A stretch of DNA of 64,000 nucleotides from Candidatus Poribacteria bacterium (GTDB taxonomy: Bacteria; Poribacteria; WGA-4E; WGA-3G). The DNA is taken from assembly GCA_965205025.1 (NCBI GenBank), contig CBDBFU010000011.1:96001-160000 (forward strand), written 5' to 3'. A program made the translations under genes and the position numbers. The notes under the pieces were generated by a model that ran no database searches, had not been told where the DNA came from, and was given only the letters and a program-made list of their open reading frames with translations. Positions 1 through 7,533 of the stretch are shown here, piece after piece. Numbering within the stretch: the stretch's first letter is position 1; each line of letters begins with the position of its first letter.

Positions 1-377
1 GAGGAGTCTATACTCCACCATGAAATAGGGACATCTTCTCGACACTGTGAACCAAGAAGTTTATATACTGGAACTTCAAGAATTTTTCCAACTACATCAA
101 AGAGTGCAATCTGTAGACCGGCACCAAGTGAATCTTCATTCATATATTCAGCAGGACTTTCTCCGAGAACACGGTCCACACTTCCTTCACTCACACGACT
201 ATATGTATAATGTATAACTGTTTCACCCCATCCAATATGACCGGTATCCGTGGTAACTTTGATAAGTTCAAGTAATGACCAGTTATAAACAGTTGAAACA
301 CTTTCTCTGGTAATATTGTGTTGACGCGGTGTAAAAGGCACATCAACAAGAATACGTTCGATGTTGGTGACTTTCAT
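1..377 (-). CDS. Mandelate racemase/muconate lactonizing (enolase superfamily) protein, 5' part, runs off window start
   Basis: Manual translation from ATG at 377 (AAGGAG upstream): MKVTNIERILVDVPF...IKVTTDTGHIGWGET...GLQIALFDVVGKILEVPVYKLLG, a typical enolase-superfamily N-terminal domain. Confidence 0.85.
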   Translation of the reverse strand, partial: MKVTNIERILVDVPFTPRQHNITRESVSTVYNWSLLELIKVTTDTGHIGWGETVIHYTYSRVSEGSVDRVLGESPAEYMNEDSLGAGLQIALFDVVGKILEVPVYKLLGSQCREDVPISWWSIDS

Positions 378-488
378 GGATAGACTCCTTTAATGATTTA
401 AAAAGTCAGGACTTACGGACTTCTAAGGTAGGAAAGGGCAGGAAAATCTATTTATTTCCTACCCTCAAATTGCATGATTAAAAGAATA

Positions 489-1004
489 TTAATTATTCTC
501 TGCCCCTTCATTAATCCAATCAACAAATAGTTGTATCTGTTCGGCGTTTAAGGGTACTCCACCGATCGGCATTTGTGGTTGCATTTCACCTTTAATATAT
601 TTTACAACCAAACTGCCGTCACCATTCCCAACAACAAAGGCTGCACCTCTATTTCCACCAGCTTTGAAGGTATCGTATTCAGTTAAGTCAAGACCACCAC
701 CACCATTACCATCATGACAATTTGCAACGGCACACGTTTCGGCAAGAATTGGATTAATATCATCCTTAAATGAAACCTTCGGCTCTTCCGGCACAACGGG
801 TGGTGGATCGGGTTGATCTGGTGGAACTGTAGGATCAGTAGGTTCGGTCGGTTCAGTCTTATCACCTTCACCGGTTACCATTTCGGTTGGTGAATCACCT
901 TCATCACCACAACCCATGACAAATCCAAAAGATAATACTAATGAAAAAGAAAAGAGTAGAAGTATTAAGAATCGAAACCCAGTTAAATTTATTTGCACTA
1001 ACAA
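489..1004 (-). CDS. Lipoprotein with Pro-rich linker and planctomycete-type cytochrome c domain (CX4CH motif)
   Basis: Lipobox-like FVMGC, PTEP/PPDQPDPPP linker, VSFKDDINPILAETCAVANCH...MP...WINEGA. Confidence 0.75.
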   Translation of the reverse strand: MLVQINLTGFRFLILLLFSFSLVLSFGFVMGCGDEGDSPTEMVTGEGDKTEPTEPTDPTVPPDQPDPPPVVPEEPKVSFKDDINPILAETCAVANCHDGNGGGGLDLTEYDTFKAGGNRGAAFVVGNGDGSLVVKYIKGEMQPQMPIGGVPLNAEQIQLFVDWINEGAENN

Positions 1005-1244
1005 TTCCTCCGTTATGTTATTATAACCTATGCTGCTACATACAAGTATTAGACAAATAATGCCAATATACTATAGAATTCCATAAACTGTAAACTTTGC
1101 TCCCGCGGAGCGATATATAGTAATCAAAGCATTACATACATATACAATCACGTAATTCGCATTAATTTGTAGCACCTTTAGTTATTATAATTCCTTAAGT
1201 CGTATAATATAAAAAGAATACCATTACATCATGGAGAAGTCAAT

Positions 1245-2189
1245 ATGAAAATACTAATAACAGCTGAGATTACTTCAGATCAACAGAAACAAATTCAATC
1301 AATTTCAGAGGATTTGACCATAGTCAATCCGAATAGTTCAGATGAAACCCTACGAGAAATAGAGGATACCGATATAGTTTTTGGAGGATTTAACCGTTCC
1401 CTATTTGAAAATGCAAAAAAACTCAAATGGGTACAAGTCTGGGCTGCAGGTGTTGACGGTATTCTGTTTAAAGAATTTGTTGATAGTGAGATCATCCTAA
1501 CCAGTGCAAAAGGATATGTTGGAACACATTTAGCGGATCAAGCATGGGCACTAATATTAGGGTTAATACGTGGTATAGGAAGGTCTGTAAGAGAGCGTAC
1601 TTGGGATAATAAAATGTCTATCCGTGATCAAACATGGGAATTGTGTGATCGCACACTCGGTATTGTCGGTTTAGGTGGTACCGGTATTGAAGTTGCACGC
1701 CGTGCAGAGGCATTTGATACGCGAGTTGTTGCAGTAGATCCTGAATCAGTTGAACCCCCTACCTTCATCCATGATGTATGGAAAATGGACAAATTCAACG
1801 AACTACTTTCTGATTCTGACATTGTCTGTATCTGTGCACCATTGACACCTGAAACTGAAGGGATGTTTAACGATTCTGCGTTTGAATTGATGAAAACAAA
1901 TGCTCTTATCATCAATGTCACACGCGGTAAAATAATTGATGAGCAGGCATTACTTCGTGCATTAAAGAATGGACTCATCGGAGGGGCAGGATTGGATGTA
2001 ACACCCGTTGAACCCCTACCCCAAGATAGTCCATTGTGGGATATGTCAAATGTAATTATTACGCCACATGTTGCCGGTGGTTCTCCAATTCGTATGGATC
2101 GCACAGTAGACCTATTCTGTGATAACTTAGAGCGATATCTTGTTGGAAAACCACTACTCAGTATAATAGATAAGCAGAAAGGATATTAG
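1245..2189 (+). CDS. D-2-hydroxyacid dehydrogenase (NAD-binding)
   Basis: GIVGLGGTG Rossmann motif, INVTRG, GAGLDV, TPHVAG. Confidence 0.93.
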   Translation: MKILITAEITSDQQKQIQSISEDLTIVNPNSSDETLREIEDTDIVFGGFNRSLFENAKKLKWVQVWAAGVDGILFKEFVDSEIILTSAKGYVGTHLADQAWALILGLIRGIGRSVRERTWDNKMSIRDQTWELCDRTLGIVGLGGTGIEVARRAEAFDTRVVAVDPESVEPPTFIHDVWKMDKFNELLSDSDIVCICAPLTPETEGMFNDSAFELMKTNALIINVTRGKIIDEQALLRALKNGLIGGAGLDVTPVEPLPQDSPLWDMSNVIITPHVAGGSPIRMDRTVDLFCDNLERYLVGKPLLSIIDKQKGY

Positions 2190-2207
2190 ACTAATTAATA
2201 GCATTTT

Positions 2208-3218
2208 CTAATCTAAGTCTGCTATTTTTACCAATTGTTTCCCAATGTTCCCACCTTTTAGCATACTAATAAAGGCTGTAGGAGCACTTTCGATTCCACC
2301 ATCATTAATCGTCTCGCGGTACTTTAATTTCCCTTCTCGTAACCATTCTGCGATTTGGGCTAAACCTTCAGGGTGTCTATCGGCAAAATCCGATACAAGC
2401 ATTCCTTCAATCCGAGCGCGTTTTGTAATGCAATACCACAAAAAACGTGGTCCTGTCTCCGGTTTTTCAAGATTATATTGCGAGATCTGACCACAAATAA
2501 CAACACGACCTTTAACTCGTAAATTCGGAAAGACTGCATCTGTTATCTCTCCACCAACATTATCAAAATAAACATCTATCCCATCAGGATACAGTTCGGA
2601 TAACTTCTCTTGATAATTCGATTCCTTTTTGTAGTTGAAACCGTCATCAAAACCCAATTCGTCTGTAATATAGGAAACCTTCTCATCAGATCCTGCTGAA
2701 CCGACAACATAACACCCTCTAATCTTCGCTATTTGTCCAACAACTGATCCTACAGCACCAGCCGCCCCAGAAACAAATACTGTTTCACCTTCTTGTAGTT
2801 TACCTACTTCAAGTATACCGAAATATGCAGTCAATCCAGGCATCCCAAGTATCCCTACACCTGTAGAAATAGGGGCAATATCAGGATCAATCTTTCTCAA
2901 GCTATCCCCATCCGTCACACCATACTCCTGCCATCCAATATGAGCATTGACAATATCCCCCTTGCTATAGTCGGAATGTTTAGAAGCAACAACTTGCGCA
3001 ATTCCTCCACCAATCATGACTTCATTGAATTCCACATTTGGGGCGTAAGAACGCGTTGCATTCATCCGTCCTCTCATATACGGATCCACAGAAAGATATA
3101 TGGTCTTCACAAGTACTTGTCCGTCTTCAGGTTCAGGTATAGGTGTTTCAACAAGTTGGAAATCAGTTTCTTTAGGATAACCTTTAGGTCGTGCTGCTAA
3201 TGCTATTTGTCTGTTCAT
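2208..3218 (-). CDS. NADP-dependent oxidoreductase (prostaglandin reductase/CurA-like MDR family)
   Basis: YLSVDPYMRGRM, GMPGLTAYFG, VSGAAGAVGS, YFDNVGG; start moved to MNRQ (3218), which follows GAAGGAG. Confidence 0.92.
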   Translation of the reverse strand: MNRQIALAARPKGYPKETDFQLVETPIPEPEDGQVLVKTIYLSVDPYMRGRMNATRSYAPNVEFNEVMIGGGIAQVVASKHSDYSKGDIVNAHIGWQEYGVTDGDSLRKIDPDIAPISTGVGILGMPGLTAYFGILEVGKLQEGETVFVSGAAGAVGSVVGQIAKIRGCYVVGSAGSDEKVSYITDELGFDDGFNYKKESNYQEKLSELYPDGIDVYFDNVGGEITDAVFPNLRVKGRVVICGQISQYNLEKPETGPRFLWYCITKRARIEGMLVSDFADRHPEGLAQIAEWLREGKLKYRETINDGGIESAPTAFISMLKGGNIGKQLVKIADLD

Positions 3219-3219
3219 C

Positions 3220-3945
3220 TTAACTCCTTCTATTAAATTGGACTCGGTCTTTACCGTGAATAACAATTAGTTCGTGTTTAGGTGAATCCCAATCAAAAAC
3301 TTTCACTATCGGTACGATTACCCTAACAGCCAATCCTATTCTTCGTTTATCAGAACGGTTTGCTTCTGAATGATGCATAGTCCGTTCATTAAAAAGTACA
3401 AATTCTCCCGGTTGCATCTCAAGATTGACTATATTGGAAGTGTCAATGTAATTCAAATCACCCATCTGATTAAAAGCCATATCTGAAGTTGCTTTTATAT
3501 GAGGTATCACTTTACGATGGGATCCAGGTAAGATCTGTAGACAACTGTTCTCAAGTGTTGCTGAATCAATTGCTATCCAAGCTGATATAATAATCGGGGG
3601 TTCCACTGGCCAATAATTGAAATCTTGATGCCACGGTATCTCTTTTGCTCCTGGCTCTTTGACGAAAAAATTGGTTCTCCATAATAAAAGGTCTGGACCA
3701 TAGATCGATGCCATGCGATTAACAATAGTTGGATGGGTTGCAAGCTTATATATCAAAGGATAATCGAGATGTCGATTATGTACCCTAACTTTATGGTCTG
3801 GGGCATCAGTTTCAAGAATATCCTCAATATCTGGCTGCATGTTAACCATATCTTCTGGACTACATAGAGTATATGGACCAAGGTACCCCTTTTCCCAAAA
3901 TTGTTTTTTCTCATCTTCACTTAATCGATGATTTGTGTTTGACAT
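3220..3945 (-). CDS. Fe(II)/2-oxoglutarate dioxygenase, PhyH family (SyrB2-like scaffold with HQD triad)
   Basis: PWHQD...HHS...R motifs; RHLD and GPDLLLWRTNFFVKEPG segments; start MSNT after GGAGG. Confidence 0.88.
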   Translation of the reverse strand: MSNTNHRLSEDEKKQFWEKGYLGPYTLCSPEDMVNMQPDIEDILETDAPDHKVRVHNRHLDYPLIYKLATHPTIVNRMASIYGPDLLLWRTNFFVKEPGAKEIPWHQDFNYWPVEPPIIISAWIAIDSATLENSCLQILPGSHRKVIPHIKATSDMAFNQMGDLNYIDTSNIVNLEMQPGEFVLFNERTMHHSEANRSDKRRIGLAVRVIVPIVKVFDWDSPKHELIVIHGKDRVQFNRRS

Positions 3946-3978
3946 ATATTCCTCCAAATTAATCTCTATAGTTTAATG

Positions 3979-5020
3979 TTAATATTCTTGACATACATGC
4001 ACTTTTACTGCGCCAGATGTCTTATCTGCTGAAATACGAAAAGCTTCCTGGATTTCTTCAAGTGGATAGTAATGTGTAACCAATTTCGTTGTATCCACTT
4101 TTCCAGAGTCAATCAACTCAATTGCTGCTTCAAAATCAGTTTCCATACCACTATATCCATAACAATTTGACCCTATTATAGCCGCTTCAGACCACACAAT
4201 AGTAGACAGATTTACTTCAAGGGGTTTATAGTATCCAGCAACAAGCACTACTGTTCCCTGTTTTCTAACAATTGTTGTCGCTGTGTTGAAATTCTCTGCA
4301 CCACCCACAGTTTCTATAACCGCATCAAAACCAATTCCACTCGTAACATCTTTTACATAGTCATTTACATCGGTATTACTAATGTTAACTACATGGTCTG
4401 CACCAAGTTCCTTAGCAAGTTTCTCCTGTTGTTCGTATTTAACTGTAATCAAGGTTTCTTTAACACCGGAAGCGACAGCGTCTGCCAAACAAAATTGACC
4501 AATTGTACCACCCCCAATAATAGCAATCGTATCCCTTGAATTTACTCCAGATCGCGCTACAGCACGGTGTGATACTGCTAAGGGTTCAACAAGTGCACCT
4601 TCCTCAAATGTCATCGTATTAGGCAACTTAAAGAGACCGGTATGATGTGTTGATGTGAATTCCGCAAATCCACCATGCATATTCGGTGAAATCCATTGTC
4701 TATGAATACATAGATTATATTGTCCGGTTTCACAGAATTTACATGATCCGCAATGTGAAAAACACTCTACAGCCACTTTATCGCCAATTTCAAATTCTGT
4801 CACACCCTCCCCAAGTGCAGCAAACCGTTCCGCAGGTTTCATGTCCAGCTGCATGCTCATGGGATTGTCCCCAATGACCAAAATAACTGTGCAGATCACT
4901 ACCACAAATCCCTGTCTGTTTGGTATCCACAAGGACATATCCGGGTGGTGGAATATCCCTTTCTACCTCACGCACCTCAATCCCTTCTATTCCTGTATAT
5001 ATCGCAGCTTTCATTTTCAT
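3979..5020 (-). pseudogene. Zn-dependent alcohol/polyol dehydrogenase split by a single frameshift
   Basis: ORF 4790..5020 carries GICGSDLH/GHE; ORF 3979..4938 carries CGSCKFC..C and GGGTIG; removing one A from 4822-4824 joins them (GHETCGTVAALGEGV). Confidence 0.85.
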
Positions 5021-5066
5021 AGAAAACTCCTTACAGTATATAATTATCGTATCAAAACCATATTCA

Positions 5067-6707
5067 TTAAGAATCTTTATCCAAATTAGTTACAATTTGT
5101 CGTATTGCCTGCTTATCTGTTTTTCCAACGCCACTTTTTGGTATCTCTTCAACAACTATGAATCTGTCTGGTATCCAGAATTTTGGAAAAACTTCAGTAA
5201 GATAATCATTCATTAGAAGTGAAATTTCATCAACGGATTCATTTAACACAAGGATCGCAATTGGACGTTCCCCCCAAGTATCATCAGCAATACCTACAAC
5301 AGAAGCATCCATAACAGATGGATGGGAGATTATGGAATTCTCTAAAGCTACTGATGAAATTGATTCTCCTCCACTACGTATAATTGATTTTGTCCGATCA
5401 ACAATGTTCATATAACCTTCAGGATTAATTGTAGCCAAATCTCCAGTACGTAACCATTCATCCTGTGTCAAATCATCCTGAGATCCACCGTTTTTGTAAT
5501 ATGCATTTGCTGTCCAATGGCTTCTTACTTGAACTTCACCGATTGAAGCACCATCCCACGGAAGTTCTACATCCTTTTCATCAACAATCCGAATCTGTAC
5601 CCCAGGAATGGGACGACCTTGCATCGATTTAATTGTCCATTGTTCATTATCTGACAAGGCTTGGTGAAAACGGTTCAGGTTGCAGATAGTTCCCGTGGGT
5701 GACATTTCTGTCATACCCCATGCATGACGAATTTCAACATCTAATTCTTTCTCAAACGTTTCAATATGTGCTGCTGCAAAGGCTTCGCCTCCAACGATTA
5801 TTCTACTTAATGAGGAGATTTTATCTCTATTCTTGAGTAATTCAGGTAGTAATCTTATCCAGACTGTAGGAACCCCTGCAGCAATAGTAACACCTGTTTT
5901 GGATATCAAATCTATGATCATATCTGTGTTTTTTCCAGGGAGAACAATGTCTGCCCCAGCAAACATTGCTGCATAAGGGATTCCCCATCCTAACGCGTGG
6001 AACATTGGCACAACAGGCATGACAACATCATTCTCTGTAATACCAAATCCATCTGCTTGATTCGCCGCTAAAGTATGGAGAAACATGGATCTATGGGAAT
6101 AAATAACTCCACGAGGATCACCAGACGTACCACTTGTGTAACATAATGCCATCCCCAAGTTTTCGTCTTGGATATACATTCTTGTCTTACCGCTATTAGA
6201 CATTAGGCTTTCATAGTCTAATTCGTTCCTTCCTTTATTATAGTGTATACATTTTGAATTTGTTTCTATTATTACCGTACTAATAGGATTAATCTCTTGT
6301 TTAAACTTAGAATAACCACCCAACAGATCACTATCAACAAAGATCATTCTATCTTCAGCATCATTTACAATTGTTGCAAGTTGTGGTGATGAAAATCGTA
6401 TATTTAATGGATGGATGATACCACTAACCAACGGTATAGCAAAATATAACTCAAGATGTTGGTAGGAATTAAATGCGTATGTAGCAATTCTGTCTCCCTG
6501 TTGAATACCAAATTCTCCTAATGAATGTGTTAACGAATTAACACGTTCATATAGATCTGTATAACTATATCTATGGATTTCTCCATCATGAAGTTGGGTG
6601 TAGACCTGTTTATCTCCATGAATTTTGTATGAATGATCCAAGATCTGATCAAGTGTCATCGGATAATTCATCATTGTACCGTACATATCTTTCCTTATAT
6701 ACAACAC
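5067..6707 (-). CDS. Acyl-CoA synthetase, AMP-forming (medium/long-chain, DmdB/AlkK-like)
   Basis: YTSGTSGDPRG P-loop, VPMFH, WGMTE, RTGD, KSGVGK. Confidence 0.9.
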   Translation of the reverse strand: MLYIRKDMYGTMMNYPMTLDQILDHSYKIHGDKQVYTQLHDGEIHRYSYTDLYERVNSLTHSLGEFGIQQGDRIATYAFNSYQHLELYFAIPLVSGIIHPLNIRFSSPQLATIVNDAEDRMIFVDSDLLGGYSKFKQEINPISTVIIETNSKCIHYNKGRNELDYESLMSNSGKTRMYIQDENLGMALCYTSGTSGDPRGVIYSHRSMFLHTLAANQADGFGITENDVVMPVVPMFHALGWGIPYAAMFAGADIVLPGKNTDMIIDLISKTGVTIAAGVPTVWIRLLPELLKNRDKISSLSRIIVGGEAFAAAHIETFEKELDVEIRHAWGMTEMSPTGTICNLNRFHQALSDNEQWTIKSMQGRPIPGVQIRIVDEKDVELPWDGASIGEVQVRSHWTANAYYKNGGSQDDLTQDEWLRTGDLATINPEGYMNIVDRTKSIIRSGGESISSVALENSIISHPSVMDASVVGIADDTWGERPIAILVLNESVDEISLLMNDYLTEVFPKFWIPDRFIVVEEIPKSGVGKTDKQAIRQIVTNLDKDS

Positions 6708-6799
6708 TATTAACGTTGATTTTGAATATAGAACTTTAGTTCTTGTGTATCAAGTCACGTCTGAACGAAATTTCTATCTAAAATGTATCATAAGACTCT

Positions 6800-6882
6800 T
6801 TGAGTTCTGTAGGAACGAAATGTTTATAGAAAAAGGTTGATAAGATTGTTTGAGTCCCGTAGGGACGGAATGTATATAGATA
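6800..6882 (+). repeat. Two degenerate tandem copies of an extragenic palindromic repeat
   Basis: TTTGAGTTCTGTAGGAACGAAATGTTTATAGA and TTTGAGTCCCGTAGGGACGGAATGTATATAGA; related copy near 12595. Confidence 0.65.
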
Positions 6883-7215
6883 GCAATTTCCTCAATACTA
6901 AACTCACCTAAGAATAAACCTATTTTAGTTTATCATATTCACTTAGTTTTTTGATAGATTAATATGCATAAAACCCACATTATATCTCATTCAATTCAAA
7001 TGTTAATTCTACAGACCTGATTAATTTATATTTGCATTCTCAATTAGAATAAGTCATAATTATCCTTAGTAACGGTACATTCTATATGTAAATTTGGTTT
7101 TTAAGATAAATGACTCTATTTAAAAAGATGTACCGAATGATGAGTTAAGAATACTTAATAACGTGAACTCGACGTAAGAGAATTAAGTGTTAAATCACTA
7201 AATCCTGTTTTAATT

Positions 7216-7247
7216 GCCACGGTAGGTGTGGTTTCTAACCGCACCGA
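7216..7247 (+). repeat. GTAG-type REP hairpin (intact copy)
   Basis: GCCACGGTAGGTGTGGTTTCTAACCGCACCGA; a second copy starting at 7263 is interrupted by a MITE. Confidence 0.75.
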
Positions 7248-7282
7248 AAGTTTGTTTTCACTGCCACGGTAGGTGTGGTTTC

Positions 7283-7425
7283 ATGAGGATTAAGTTTTAA
7301 ATTCGGTAATTCCTATTTTCCAAACTCGGTAGGTTCGGTTTCCTAACCACGGGGAATGCTAAATAGCATTCATACCGTTGATTCGAATTTCTAACACATT
7401 ACCGAATTATTATTTTAATCTTCAT
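7283..7425. mobile_element. MITE family A (ATGARGATTAA...AATTCGGTAAT ends) inserted in a REP loop
   Basis: Left end ATGAGGATTAAG..AATTCGGTAAT, right end ATTACCGAATT..TTAATCTTCAT; flanks rejoin to GGTAGGTGTGGTTTC|CTAACCGCACCG. Confidence 0.8.
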
Positions 7426-7474
7426 CTAACCGCACCGATACTAATATTTCTTATAACGTGTTCAAGTTGTTAAT

Positions 7475-7524
7475 TAAAAACTATTTAAGGAGTTCTAAGT
7501 AAAAACTATTTAAGGAGTTCTAAG
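7475..7524 (+). repeat. Perfect 25-bp tandem duplication containing the Shine-Dalgarno region
   Basis: TAAAAACTATTTAAGGAGTTCTAAG twice, just before the TonB-dependent receptor start. Confidence 0.9.
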
Positions 7525-7533
7525 GAGAAATTT

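Noticed and set aside
7060-7200. Riboswitch (cobalamin or TPP) upstream of the TonB-dependent receptor
   Set aside because: CGGTACAT/ATGTACCG and ACTTAAT/ATTAAGT pairings exist, but no B12 box or TPP consensus is recognisable
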